Assembly (NCBI GenBank): GCA_963781885.1
Contig: CAWAHW010000003.1
Span: forward strand, 160,627 to 224,626
DNA: 64,000 nucleotides
Reading direction: 5' to 3'
Source of the DNA: an uncultured Spirochaetota bacterium
GTDB lineage: Bacteria > Spirochaetota > Spirochaetia > SZUA-6 > Fen-1364
The notes beneath the pieces were generated by a model that ran no database searches, was not told where the DNA came from, and saw nothing but the letters and a program-made list of their open reading frames with translations. A program made the position numbers and the translations under genes. Of this stretch, positions 1 through 10,251 are shown piece by piece; positions within the stretch are counted from its first letter, which is position 1, and every line of letters begins with the position of its first letter.

Positions 1-1
1 C

Positions 2-448
2 GATGCGGCCATGCCCGGCAACGTCGGCTTCTTCGTGATGCCGCCCGCACAGGCCGGTGCCGGCCCGGCGGCGATGTCCGCCCCGCTCACCTACGGAATC
101 GCTGCCAAGGCAAAGAACGCGGACGCCGCCGCGTTCTTCCTCAACTGGGTTGCCACGAATCAGAAAGCCCGGGAGATCGATGTCGCGATCGGCGGGTCGA
201 ACCCCGGCGGGCCGGCGGATGCCACGATGCCTGCTGTCGCCGCGGGCTCGGTCACGAATGAGACCCTCGCAGGAGGGCCGGTCATCGGCAAGGCCGGAAA
301 CTCGATGGACTTCATCGCCAACTCGACGAGCTCCATCTTTGCGCAGGGCTGGACGCCCGAGCTCCAGAAGATGGTCGGCGGCAAGCAGGACGCCGCTGGA
401 CTCCTGAAGGCGGTTCAGGCAGAATACATCAGAGAACTCGCTCAATAG
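2..448 (+). CDS. Carbohydrate ABC transporter substrate-binding protein, C-terminal part (5' end outside window)
   Basis: YGIAAKAKNADAAAFFLNWV and ELQKMVGGKQDAAGLLKAVQ resemble the C-terminus of sugar-binding proteins; directly upstream of two permeases. Confidence 0.8.
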   Translation, partial: DAAMPGNVGFFVMPPAQAGAGPAAMSAPLTYGIAAKAKNADAAAFFLNWVATNQKAREIDVAIGGSNPGGPADATMPAVAAGSVTNETLAGGPVIGKAGNSMDFIANSTSSIFAQGWTPELQKMVGGKQDAAGLLKAVQAEYIRELAQ

Positions 449-479
449 CGGCAACGGCCGCGGGAGAAGTTATTCGACG

Positions 480-1427
480 GTGACAACGATGATGACGTCA
501 GACGTTCCCCCCGCGGCCGCCGCGCTCTCACGGCGGACCTTCCGTTTCAGGATGGTCCGCCGTCGGGAGACAACCATCGGCTGGCTGTTTGCGGTGCCGG
601 CCCTGGTGATGTACGCGATGTTCGTTCTGCTTCCGCTCGTCCTGAGCATCCAGTACTCGTTTTTTCGCTGGAACGGGATCGGTCCGATGACCTGGGTGGG
701 GCTCAGGAATTACCAGACAATCCTGGAGGTTCCCAACCTCCTCGGGAGCATCATCAATGCCTTCGAGCTGGTGGTATTCTTCAGCTTCGTACCGGTGGCG
801 CTCGGGCTCGTTGTTGCAAGCATTGTGCACCGCGTGGCACCCGGGCGGCTCGGCGCGGCGGCCCGGACCATCCTGTTCCTGCCCCAGGTCATCCCGCTCG
901 TCGCGGCCGGGATCATCTGGGGCTGGCTGCTGGCCCTTCCGGGCCTCATCAACCAGATCCTCAGGGGGGTCGGCCTCGGCGGGATCGCCCGCGCCTGGCT
1001 GGGCGACTTCAGCTGGGCGCTCCCGGCCGTCGGCCTCATCGGGATCTGGGTCGTGCTGGGGTTCTGCACCGTCCTGCTTTTGACGGGAATAACGAAGATC
1101 GACCCGTCACTCTATGAGTCGGCGAGGATTGACGGTGCCGGCTGGTTCACGGAGTTCTTCCAGATCACCATCCCGCTTCTCCGGCAGGAGATCGGGGTGT
1201 GCCTTACCGTGACGGTGATTGCCGCGCTCGCCGCGTTCGATATCGTCTACGTCACGACGGCCGGCGGGCCCGGCAACGCGACGGCGGTCCCGGGGATCCA
1301 GATCTACATCCTTGCCTTCACCGAGCAGCGGATCGGCCTGGCGTCTGCCCTGGCCGTGGTGCTCATGCTGCTGGTGCTGGTCGTCATCCTTCCCATCCAG
1401 CGCCTGAGCAGGGAGACCGGGCGATGA
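480..1427 (+). CDS. Carbohydrate ABC transporter permease (MalF/UgpA-like)
   Basis: Multiple TM segments; EAA loop LYESARIDGAG. Confidence 0.93.
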   Translation: MTTMMTSDVPPAAAALSRRTFRFRMVRRRETTIGWLFAVPALVMYAMFVLLPLVLSIQYSFFRWNGIGPMTWVGLRNYQTILEVPNLLGSIINAFELVVFFSFVPVALGLVVASIVHRVAPGRLGAAARTILFLPQVIPLVAAGIIWGWLLALPGLINQILRGVGLGGIARAWLGDFSWALPAVGLIGIWVVLGFCTVLLLTGITKIDPSLYESARIDGAGWFTEFFQITIPLLRQEIGVCLTVTVIAALAAFDIVYVTTAGGPGNATAVPGIQIYILAFTEQRIGLASALAVVLMLLVLVVILPIQRLSRETGR

Positions 1428-2248
1428 AGGTGGGACGCAGAGAGCTTGTGACCGGACGGGTCCTTCTCCTGGCGCTCATGGCGCTGACGATCCTGCCATT
1501 TCTCAGCATCTTCACGACCGCGCTGTATCCGTCGGGGACGGTGCCCAACGGGCTGGGATGGCCCGCGCACCCGCAGTGGGGCAACTTCATCCAGGCGTTC
1601 AAAGTGGCGAACATGACGGCACTCCTCGCCTCGAGCACGTTCATCGTGATCGCGGTTGTGCCGATTTCGCTCGTCATCTCCACGATGGCGGCATTTGCAA
1701 TCGGTCTCCTGCGGATCCCGGGATCGCGCGTGCTGCTGTTCCTGTTCGTGTTCGGGCTGACGCTTCCGTTCGGAGGGATCATCGTCCCCCTCTATTACCT
1801 CGAGCGCTCCATCGGGATCTACAACACCCGGTTGGCGATCGTGCTGCCGCTGATCGGCCTGTACATGCCGTTCGCCGTGTTCTGGATGCGCGCGCACTTC
1901 GTCAATATGCCGGTCGACATCTCGGAGGCGGCCCGCCTTGACGGGGCATCCACGTGGGGACTGTTCCGGCGGATACACCTCCCGCTCGCACGCGCGCCGA
2001 TCTCGTCACTGGGAATCCTCATGGCGGTCTGGACGTGGAACCAGTTTCTCCTGGCGCTGGTGCTCGTCGAGGACCCGTCGCAGCGAACGATGGCGGGCGC
2101 GCTGGGAGCGTTCCAGGGCCACTACGCCACCGATGTCCCCCTGCTGTGCGCCGGCACCATCCTGATCCTGGTTCCCACCCTTGTCATCTTCGTGCTGTTC
2201 CAGCGGCAGATCATCGCGGCGCTGCTCCAGGGCGCGGTGAAGGGATGA
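1424..2248 (+). CDS. Carbohydrate ABC transporter permease (MalG/UgpE-like)
   Basis: ATGA overlap with previous stop; EAA loop ISEAARLDGAS; WNQFLLAL motif. Confidence 0.93.
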   Translation: MKVGRRELVTGRVLLLALMALTILPFLSIFTTALYPSGTVPNGLGWPAHPQWGNFIQAFKVANMTALLASSTFIVIAVVPISLVISTMAAFAIGLLRIPGSRVLLFLFVFGLTLPFGGIIVPLYYLERSIGIYNTRLAIVLPLIGLYMPFAVFWMRAHFVNMPVDISEAARLDGASTWGLFRRIHLPLARAPISSLGILMAVWTWNQFLLALVLVEDPSQRTMAGALGAFQGHYATDVPLLCAGTILILVPTLVIFVLFQRQIIAALLQGAVKG

Positions 2249-2355
2249 GGCGGCGGCTCGACGCGCATCGACACCGGAAACCGCTGCGCGATGCAGGATG
2301 CCGTCGGGGCTTGACAGTCGCCGTCATGTGAGGTCTCTGACTGAGGGAAATAACG

Positions 2356-3357
2356 ATGCCCGCACATGCACCCACCATCTACGACGTGGCCAGGAAGGCC
2401 GGTGTCAGCGTCTCGACCGTCTCGCGCGCCGTCAATACGCCGCATCTCGTGCAGGAAAAGACCCGCCAGAAGGTCATGCGCGCCGTCGAACAGCTCAAGT
2501 TCGTGCCCAAGGCGGAAGCCTCCGTCCTGGCGCGAAAGCATGTCGGCAGCATCGGCGTGCTCCTCCCGTTTTTCACCTCGCCGTCATTCGTGCAGAGGAT
2601 GCGCGGCGTCGCGTCAGCCCTCTCCGCCACGAAGTTCGAGTTCGTCGTTTACACGGTCGGCTCCCGGGCCCAACTGGACGAGTATCTTGACGTCCTCCCG
2701 CTCTGGCGCCGGCTGGACGGCCTGATCGTCATGTCGATGCCCCTCTCCGACGCGCAGCGGCGTCATCTCCAGTCGCACGCCCTTGAAATCGTGTGCGTGG
2801 AGTTTGCCCAGGCACATTTCTCTTCCATAGAGATCGACAACCACGAGGGCGGGAGAATGGCAGCGCGGCACCTCGCGGCAAAGGGACGTCGGCGGTGCGC
2901 GTACGTCGGCGAGGCAGGGGTCCCGGAGCACATCATCCACTTGAGCGACCTGCGTCTTGAGGGTTTTCGCCAGGGCCTGCAGGAGAAGGGGCTGGACCTG
3001 CCTGACGAATATGTCAATCGCGAGCCCTACAGTCGGGAGGGGGTCATGCGGCAGACGGAAGCCCTGCTCGGCCGTTCAGCTCCCCCCGACGCGATCTTTG
3101 CCTACTCGGATCTCCACGCTGTCGATATCCTCCGCGTCACCCGCGCGAAGGGGATTCGTGTACCGCAGGATCTATCGATCGTCGGTTTCGACGGCACCGA
3201 TGTGGCCGATTTCCTTGGATTAACCACGATCGACCAGCGTTTGGACGAGTCCGGCCGCCTTGCCGCGGAAATGCTCATGTCCCGCATCTCCGATCGCAGC
3301 CGCCCGCCGCAGAACACCCGGTTGCAGCTCAGCCTGATCGAGCGCGGAACGACATAA
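2356..3357 (+). CDS. LacI family transcriptional regulator
   Basis: TIYDVARKAGVSVSTVSRAVN HTH; VPQDLSIVGFD, LTTIDQ; RBS GAGGG upstream. Confidence 0.95.
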   Translation: MPAHAPTIYDVARKAGVSVSTVSRAVNTPHLVQEKTRQKVMRAVEQLKFVPKAEASVLARKHVGSIGVLLPFFTSPSFVQRMRGVASALSATKFEFVVYTVGSRAQLDEYLDVLPLWRRLDGLIVMSMPLSDAQRRHLQSHALEIVCVEFAQAHFSSIEIDNHEGGRMAARHLAAKGRRRCAYVGEAGVPEHIIHLSDLRLEGFRQGLQEKGLDLPDEYVNREPYSREGVMRQTEALLGRSAPPDAIFAYSDLHAVDILRVTRAKGIRVPQDLSIVGFDGTDVADFLGLTTIDQRLDESGRLAAEMLMSRISDRSRPPQNTRLQLSLIERGTT

Positions 3358-3437
3358 AGAAGGAATCGTTCAGCCGGCTCCTAAGGTTCTTACGATGCCG
3401 CCGTCGGGTCAAAGAACCGGTCGTCGTCCGTGGATCG

Positions 3438-3499
3438 TTGACTCTCGACCGTGCGCCGTGCTATCTATTATGAAAGTAGTTTCATGAAAGTTCTTTCAT
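3438..3499 (+). promoter_or_regulatory. Sigma70-like promoter with two tandem LacI-type operators
   Basis: TTGACT at 3438; TG-C-TATCTA near 3459-3467; palindromes ATGAAAGTAGTTTCAT (3470-3485) and ATGAAAGTTCTTTCAT (3484-3499). Confidence 0.65.
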
Positions 3500-3556
3500 G
3501 AGGTTGCGGCACAGTCTTCCGCATGCGTCAGGAAGGCGCACAGGAGGGTACGGTGA

Positions 3557-4210
3557 ATGAAAGGCGACGTCATCCTGGTGGAAGAGCATCACCGAAAGGC
3601 AGCCGGCGTGATCGTGCCCGCGATCATCGAAAAGGTGAGAAAAAAGCCCGCGAGATACGTCATCAGTGTTGCCGGTGAATCGGGCAGCGGCAAATCGGAG
3701 ACCGCGAAGGCGATTGCTGAAGAGATGTCGAAACTCGGCGTTCGATCCGTCATCCTGGGGCAGGACGACTATTTCGTGCTTCCGCCGCGGTCGAACGACG
3801 CCAGGAGGAGGGACGATCCGGAGTGGCTGGGACCACATGTCGAGGTTGACCTGGATCTCATGGAAAGCAACCTGAGGGCGGCGGTCGAGGGGGCGACCGA
3901 GCTCGCCAAGCCGCTCGTCGACTATGACAATGACCGGGTGGGAAAAGAGAGGATCAGCCTGGAGGGTGTCGCGGTGGTCATTGCGGAGGGAACGTACACA
4001 TCCCTGCTGAAACGTGTGGACACCAGGGTCTTCATTGCCAGGAGTCGTCTGGACACGCTTGAGCACAGGATGAAAAGAAACAGGGGCGGCGAAGCGCGGG
4101 ATCCTTTCGTCGAGCAGATCCTGACACGGGAGCACATGATCATCGCGGGGCATCGACATCTCGCGGACTTCGTCATTTTGAACGACTACGACGTGCGCGC
4201 GATGATGTGA
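3557..4210 (+). CDS. P-loop kinase, uridine kinase/PRK-like fold (candidate sucrose kinase)
   Basis: Walker A VAGESGSGKSET; ILGQDDYF; VVIAEGTY; RBS GGAGG. Confidence 0.8.
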   Translation: MKGDVILVEEHHRKAAGVIVPAIIEKVRKKPARYVISVAGESGSGKSETAKAIAEEMSKLGVRSVILGQDDYFVLPPRSNDARRRDDPEWLGPHVEVDLDLMESNLRAAVEGATELAKPLVDYDNDRVGKERISLEGVAVVIAEGTYTSLLKRVDTRVFIARSRLDTLEHRMKRNRGGEARDPFVEQILTREHMIIAGHRHLADFVILNDYDVRAMM

Positions 4211-4215
4211 CGGGC

Positions 4216-5685
4216 ATGGCGGTGAAGAACCAGGTCCAGCTCATCACCTATCCGGATTCGCTCGGAGGAAGCCTGGAAGCGCTCGACCAGGTGCTTCTTA
4301 CGCATTTTCCGGGCCTCTTTCAGGGAGGAGTTCACATTCTCCCTCCGTTCCCGTCTTCCGGAGACAGGGGTTTCGCACCCCTGACCTACCTTGAGATCGA
4401 ACCGCGCTTTGGCGGCTGGCAAGACATCCGGCGAATCAGCCATCATTCGCAGGTCATGCTCGACCTGATGGTGAACCACATTTCCCGGCAGTCCGAGTAT
4501 TTCCGTGACTTCCTGAAGAAGGGTCGCCGCTCGCGCTGGGCAGACCTCTTCATCACGCTGGACAAGATGTGGCCGGACGGGAAGCCTTCTCCAGAAGACC
4601 TTTCAAAGATGTTCCTGCGGAGGCCGCTCCCGTTTTCCCGGTTTGCTATCGAAACCGGCGAGGAGGAAACGGTCTGGACCACCTTCGGGAAGCAGGACCC
4701 CTCCGACCAGATCGACATGGACTGGCGCTCGGACGCGTACCGGAAGCTCCTGACGGACTTCATGGCAGGCTTCAGCCGCAATGGCGTGAGAATGGTCCGG
4801 CTGGACGCAGTCGGCTACGTTGTGAAGAAGATCGGGACGAGCTGCTTTTTCGTGGAGCCGGAGATCTACAGTTTCCTCGACTGGATCCGCGGAGAGGCTG
4901 ACTCTTTCGGTATCGAGCTCCTTCCCGAGCTCCATGCGCACCATGCCAGCCAGTTCAACCTGTCCGCGCATGGGTACTGGATCTATGACTTCATCCTACC
5001 CTACATCATCCTCGAAGCCCTGCTCCTCAAGAAAAGCGGCAACCTGAAAGGGTACCTCGCGGTACGTCCCCACCGCCAATTCACGATGCTCGACTGTCAC
5101 GACGGCATCCCCGTGAAGCCGGATCTGGATGGGCTTTATAAAAGCGATGACGCGAGAAAAGTGGTGCAGACCTGCATGGAGCGCGGCGCAAACCTGAGCT
5201 TCGTTCTCTCCCCGGTCCACAAGGATTCTGACGGTTTCGATGTCCACCAGATCCGGTGCTCCTACTACTCTGTCCTCGACCGCGACGACGATGCATACCT
5301 GTCGGCCCGAGCTCTGCAGTTTTTCGCGCCGGGCATACCCCAGGTCTATTACATGGGCTTGCTCGCGGGGGAAAACGATTCGGAAGCTGTCCAGCGGACG
5401 GGAGAAGGCCGGGAAATAAACCGGCACAACTACAGCCGGGAGGAAATCGATACGCGGGTCCGCACCGAGGCGGTTCAAAGGCTGGTGCGGCTCATCCGGT
5501 TCAGAAACGAGTATCCGGCCTTCAACGGAGTTTTCCAGGTCATGGATTCGGAAGAGGGCGTCGTCCGTCTCCGCTGGCGGAATGATGACGGGGCAGTCTG
5601 CACGTTGAATGCTGACCTGCGGACCGGACGGTCGGAGATCGAATATGCCGATGCGGCCGGCGGACTCGTTCGCTCCAGAATCTGA
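4216..5685 (+). CDS. gtfA: GH13_18 glycoside phosphorylase, sucrose 6(F)-phosphate phosphorylase type
   Basis: KNQVQLITYPDSLG, DLMVNH, RLDAVGY, LPELH, LDCHDGIP; loop motifs KMFLRR and GFDVHQI. Confidence 0.9.
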   Translation: MAVKNQVQLITYPDSLGGSLEALDQVLLTHFPGLFQGGVHILPPFPSSGDRGFAPLTYLEIEPRFGGWQDIRRISHHSQVMLDLMVNHISRQSEYFRDFLKKGRRSRWADLFITLDKMWPDGKPSPEDLSKMFLRRPLPFSRFAIETGEEETVWTTFGKQDPSDQIDMDWRSDAYRKLLTDFMAGFSRNGVRMVRLDAVGYVVKKIGTSCFFVEPEIYSFLDWIRGEADSFGIELLPELHAHHASQFNLSAHGYWIYDFILPYIILEALLLKKSGNLKGYLAVRPHRQFTMLDCHDGIPVKPDLDGLYKSDDARKVVQTCMERGANLSFVLSPVHKDSDGFDVHQIRCSYYSVLDRDDDAYLSARALQFFAPGIPQVYYMGLLAGENDSEAVQRTGEGREINRHNYSREEIDTRVRTEAVQRLVRLIRFRNEYPAFNGVFQVMDSEEGVVRLRWRNDDGAVCTLNADLRTGRSEIEYADAAGGLVRSRI

Positions 5686-5750
5686 CCAGAAGAGCAGCGA
5701 TCTGGCGTGACTCCTTGTAATGCAAGGAGCTGCGTTTGGCCCAGGAGCGG

Positions 5751-5986
5751 CCGCGAATGCCGCCAGGAAGAGGCCGGGCGAATGCCACGGAACCGCACGG
5801 AGCACCGTGCGAGCTACCGTGGCCGGGCGAATGCCACGGAACCGCACGGAGCACCGTGCGAGCTACCGTGGCCGGGCGAATGCCACGGGGTACCGTGGCC
5901 GGTGTGGCCGGTGTGGGCGCAGGGCGGCGTTTCTGCTACAGTCAACTCCGCGGGATACCGCGGCCGCTTCCTGGCGGCATTCGCGG
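5751..5986. repeat. 236-bp intergenic element: 26-bp terminal inverted repeats enclosing 49-bp tandem repeats
   Basis: CCGCGAATGCCGCCAGGAAGAGGCCG (5751-5776) is the reverse complement of 5961-5986 with 1 mismatch; identical 49-bp units at 5772-5820 and 5821-5869 plus a partial third. Confidence 0.85.
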
Positions 5987-6024
5987 AAGAAGTGGTCGCA
6001 CAATCAGGCAACGGGGGTGGATCG

Positions 6025-7329
6025 ATGGCCAAGATAGCATTCATGGGCGCGGGGAGCACGGTCTTCGCGAAGAATGTCCTGGGGGACTGCATGCTCACGC
6101 CCGCCCTGACGGGAAGCGAGATCGCGCTGTACGACCTGGACGGCCGTCGGCTCGCAGATTCTCGTTCGATGCTGGAAAACATCAATCGCAACGTCACGGC
6201 AGGAGCACGGATCCATGCATATGGCACAGGTGAGCGCAGGAAGGCTCTTGCCGGAGCCGACTACGTGGTGAACGCGATCCAGGTGGGCGGCTACGAGCCG
6301 TGCACGGTGACGGATTTCGAGATCCCGCGCCGCTACGGGCTTCGCCAGACCATCGGGGATACGCTGGGCATCGGGGGCATCTTCCGGGCGCTGCGCACGA
6401 TTCCCGTCATGATCGAGTTCGGCCGCGACATGGAAGAGGTCTGCCCCGATGCATGGTTCCTCAACTATACGAATCCCATGGCCATGGTGACGGGCGCGAT
6501 GCAGCGCGCCACGGGCATCCGTACGGTCGGTCTCTGCCACAGCGTCCAGGTCTGCGCGAAGACGCTCCTGGAGGGCGTGGGAATGACCCATGATGAGCGC
6601 GTGCAATGGACGATCGCCGGCGTGAACCACCAGGGCTGGCTGTTGTCGATCACGCGCGACGGGAAGGACCTGTATCCCGAGATCAAGGAGCGCTCCCGCA
6701 AAGGCGCGGTCCCTGCCGATGACCGGGTCCGGCACGAGATCATGCACCGGTTCGGCTACTATGTCACGGAATCAAGCGAGCACTCCAGCGAGTACGTGCC
6801 CTGGTTCATCAAGAGCACCCATCCGGAGCTGATCGAGCGGTTCAACATCCCCCTGGACGAGTATCCGCGGCGGTGCGTGAAGCAGATCAAGGACTGGGAA
6901 AAAATGCGCGCGGACCTCGTGGAGAACAAGGCACTCGGCCACGTGCGCACGCACGAGTACGCCTCGTGGATCATGGAGGCGATGGAGACCAATCGGCCCT
7001 TCAAGATCGGCGGTAACGTCCCGAACGCAGACCTGATCACCAACCTGCCCCGGGAGGCGTGCGTCGAGGTACCCTGTCTCGTCGACGCGGGAGGCATCAG
7101 CCCGTGCCGGGTCGGCGATCTCCCGCCCCAGTGCGCCGCCCTCACCCGGACCAATGTCAACGTGCACCTCCTGGCGGTGGAAGCGGCGCTCACGGGAAAG
7201 AAGGAGCACATCTACCACGCCGCCATGCTCGATCCGCACGCCGCCGCGGAGCTCACATTGGACCAGATCGTGTCCCTCTGTGACGAGCTCATCGAGGCGC
7301 ACGGCGAATGGCTCCCGCGGTTTCACTGA
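6025..7329 (+). CDS. melA: GH4 alpha-galactosidase (NAD+/Mn2+-dependent)
   Basis: KIAFMGAGSTVF, QTIGDTLGIGGIFRALRT, NYTNPM, GLCHSVQ, TESSEHSSEY. Confidence 0.93.
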   Translation: MAKIAFMGAGSTVFAKNVLGDCMLTPALTGSEIALYDLDGRRLADSRSMLENINRNVTAGARIHAYGTGERRKALAGADYVVNAIQVGGYEPCTVTDFEIPRRYGLRQTIGDTLGIGGIFRALRTIPVMIEFGRDMEEVCPDAWFLNYTNPMAMVTGAMQRATGIRTVGLCHSVQVCAKTLLEGVGMTHDERVQWTIAGVNHQGWLLSITRDGKDLYPEIKERSRKGAVPADDRVRHEIMHRFGYYVTESSEHSSEYVPWFIKSTHPELIERFNIPLDEYPRRCVKQIKDWEKMRADLVENKALGHVRTHEYASWIMEAMETNRPFKIGGNVPNADLITNLPREACVEVPCLVDAGGISPCRVGDLPPQCAALTRTNVNVHLLAVEAALTGKKEHIYHAAMLDPHAAAELTLDQIVSLCDELIEAHGEWLPRFH

Positions 7330-7599
7330 TCCCATGCCGGGCAATCGGGAAACCGACAAACGCCACGATCTCGATTGGCTGCGACAGTCGGAAAATGATG
7401 AAGTCTCCCGAGCCTCGATGACGCTCCGCTTTTTCATCGGTCCTTGAGCGAGTCCACGTCCAGCCCCGCATCCGCGAGGTGATCGATGCGATTCAGGTAG
7501 ATCAGCGACGCCCCCTCCTTCTCCGTCCGCAGCTCCGACAGGGAGCCGGTGTAGATATGAAACGGCCATCGTCGACGGGGCGGCATGCCCAGGAGCTCG

Positions 7600-8121
7600 G
7601 CCGCGTCGTCATAGCGCACGGGCCAGGGATCGTGCTGTTCGCCGAAGCGCGGCGCCGGGGCATCCCGACGTCCGTCGACACGCAATTTCCAGCCTCCGTG
7701 GATGACCCTCATGAAAAAGGTCCTGCCTTCCATCGATTATCTCTTCTGCGACGAGCGGGAGGCTCTCAACCTGACGGAAACGCAGGTGCTCGAGGACGCG
7801 GCAAATGTCCTGCGTGATGCGGGCGTCGGTACGGTGATCGTCAAGCGCGGCGAAAACGGCTCCGATCTCTTCGGCGACTGCTGGAACTGCCACGAGCCTT
7901 CCGTGATGAGGGGAGAGCTGGTGGACAGCATCGGCGCAGGAGACGCATTCGACGCGGCATTCCTCGTGGCGCTCCTGGAAGGAAGGCCGGTGCAGGCGCG
8001 CGCCAGGTTTGCGAGCATCGTTGCCGGATGCACCGTCACGGCGCCCGGCGGATATGAAGGAATGCCGGATCGCCGGCAGGCGGCCGAAATCGAGGCAGGC
8101 CTTGCCGGCAACCAGGGATAG
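7600..8121 (+). pseudogene. PfkB family carbohydrate kinase, 5'-truncated and frameshifted
   Basis: LFAEARRRGIPTSVDTQ in one frame; VIVKRGENGS and VDSIGAGDAFDAAF in the next; no N-terminal half recognisable. Confidence 0.75.
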
Positions 8122-8166
8122 GGCAGGGTCGCTCGACGGCCGGCGACGACACCGGGTCCGCGGCGG

Positions 8167-9495
8167 CTATCCGGCGGGTTGGGCCCCTGCCGCCTGGGAG
8201 TAGTCGCGCAGCACGCGGCAGACGCTTTCCCGCAGCAGCGCCGGGGGTGTCGGGCTGATCCTTCCCTCCCGCACGGCCTCGAAATGGTGCGGCAGGTACT
8301 GGCTGAGAAGGGTGAGAGGAATGCTCCTCTGCCCGAGGTTCCCAAGCAGGACGCCGGTTGCCGCGCTCACCGCGGGCACCGTCCAGTAATAGCGGCATCG
8401 ATCGGAAAAACTGAACCGGCGCGCCAGGCGCTGCTCATCCTCCGTGCCGTGGTAATACCCCTTCCAGTGCGCGGGATTGGCGAACATCGCTTCCTCCAGC
8501 GTGGCTGAAAGCATGGACATTTTTGCGCTGCGGGGGTCGAGCATCTCCCGCTCGATATTTTCGAGGCCGAAGAGGCATTCACGCAGCGCAAAGGTGAGGG
8601 CCGGGCCCACCTTCAGGATCGCGACGCCATCCTCGACGAGCTGCCGCAGGAGCGCGGGGGGCTGGTAGTCCGTGGAGTGGCCTTCCAAGACCAGCGCGGG
8701 GCTCCGCCGCGCAGCCGCGCAGAGCGAGGCGGCAGCGGTCCGACCATAGGGATGAACCTGCTGATCGCCGTATTCCACGCCCGGCTGCGCGACCACCGCG
8801 ACGACTCTCGACCATGCCTCCGTGAGCCCCCGGGCGTGAAAGGATGCGCGGCAGAGGGAGACGGTCTGCTCGAAATCGGCCACCCTCGTCACGGCCACGC
8901 CTTCTGCCTCCGAGACGATTCCGCCGGGGGGCGGCACCTCCGTCCCGATCACGTAGACGGGCGGAGAGACGCGCGTGCCGGCGTGCCCCCGATCGTGGAA
9001 TGCCGCCTCGGCGGCGGCGGCAAGGTCAGCCTCCCGCTCGGCAATGACCGCCGGCGTAAGCCCGCCGTCGCGGTCCACCGGGTCGCCGCCGAGCGGCATG
9101 CTCGCGTCCAGGTGAATTTTGCCGTACCCCGCGCGGACGCAGGCGGCAACCAGCTCCCGCGATCGCGCCATCGCTTCCGCCGCCGGGGCGGCCCTCCAGG
9201 GATAGGGTCCGAGGTGATCCCCGCCGATGATGATCCTCTCCCGCGGGAATCCGCCTGCATCCGCCGCGGCAAAGAGAAAATCGCGGAAGCTCGCGGGCGT
9301 CATTCCCGTGTAACCGCCGAGCTGGTTGACCTGGTTCACCGTGGATTCGATCAGCACGGGAAGCCCGTCGACCGCGGCCTGGAGGAGTGCCGCCTCGATC
9401 ACCGTCGGATGCGCGCTGCAGACCGACCCGATGCCGCGGGCGTCTGCGGCTTTCTGCGAAGCGACGAGACCCAGGAAAAAATCCAGCGTTTCCAT
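8167..9495 (-). CDS. gatZ: GatZ/KbaZ family protein (tagatose-6-phosphate 4-epimerase / aldolase non-catalytic subunit)
   Basis: SVCSAHP, IESTVNQVNQLGGYTGM, GGDHLGP, KIHLDASM, YVIGTEVP, EGHSTDYQ, SDRCRYYW. Confidence 0.93.
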   Translation of the reverse strand: METLDFFLGLVASQKAADARGIGSVCSAHPTVIEAALLQAAVDGLPVLIESTVNQVNQLGGYTGMTPASFRDFLFAAADAGGFPRERIIIGGDHLGPYPWRAAPAAEAMARSRELVAACVRAGYGKIHLDASMPLGGDPVDRDGGLTPAVIAEREADLAAAAEAAFHDRGHAGTRVSPPVYVIGTEVPPPGGIVSEAEGVAVTRVADFEQTVSLCRASFHARGLTEAWSRVVAVVAQPGVEYGDQQVHPYGRTAAASLCAAARRSPALVLEGHSTDYQPPALLRQLVEDGVAILKVGPALTFALRECLFGLENIEREMLDPRSAKMSMLSATLEEAMFANPAHWKGYYHGTEDEQRLARRFSFSDRCRYYWTVPAVSAATGVLLGNLGQRSIPLTLLSQYLPHHFEAVREGRISPTPPALLRESVCRVLRDYSQAAGAQPAG

Positions 9496-9843
9496 GCGGT
9501 TGTCCTGTCGTGCGGAAGCTCAGTTATGCAATGCGGCTGACATCGTCTTGGTATTGTTCGATGCGCGGGATCTGTCTCGTCGGCCGACCGTCCGCGTAGA
9601 GTGCGGTGGAAAGGACCGCTCCCCGGGCAACAGCGATAAGGCGTGATGGCATAGATCCTACCTCCCCACTCGCCTCATCCTATACTCGATTGGACCTCAC
9701 GGGAAGTCAGGTTTCGGGCTGCGGCCTTGGAGAACTGCAGCGCTGAGATCATCGGCATATATGTGCCACTCTCGGCGTGCACGGCGCCCGGGCAAGATAC
9801 CCACAGGCTGCAAACCGCGATCACCGCCGCGGTGCTGGACGAT

Positions 9844-10251
9844 TCAGGATCCTGCACCAGGCAGTCTCTCGGTCTTCCGGTATGCCGTTCCCTGAAAGAG
9901 GGCTATCGTATCGCCTTTCTCGTCGCGCACAGAGATGAGATACGTCGCAAGCTTCGGGCCGAGGGAAATCTCCTCCGCTTCTGCGGTCAAGATGCCGCCG
10001 TTGACCGCCTTGAAATAGGAAATGCTCACGTTGATGGCCACGGCGAGCGTGCCGTGCGAGTTGCACGCGCTGGAAAAGACTGCGTCGGCGAGTGTGAAGA
10101 TCACTCCCCCATGAAGAGTGCCCGCGCTGTTGAGGTGGTGGCCCTTTATCTCCAAGCGGCCTTTTGCTCTCCCCGGTGCGTACTCGATAATATCGATGCC
10201 CAGATGCCTCGCGAACCGGTCGTTGTCGATGAATCGCCTTACGTCATCCAT
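9844..10251 (-). CDS. PaaI family hotdog thioesterase
   Basis: HLNSAGTLHGGVIFTLAD motif. Confidence 0.9.
   Translation of the reverse strand: MDDVRRFIDNDRFARHLGIDIIEYAPGRAKGRLEIKGHHLNSAGTLHGGVIFTLADAVFSSACNSHGTLAVAINVSISYFKAVNGGILTAEAEEISLGPKLATYLISVRDEKGDTIALFQGTAYRKTERLPGAGS

Noticed and set aside
5772-5901. CRISPR array
   Set aside because: The 49-bp units are directly adjacent with no unique spacers, and no cas genes are present.
5707-6024. 106-aa N-terminal extension of the GH4 ORF
   Set aside because: It is read-through of the repeat element; GH4 homology starts at ATG 6025.
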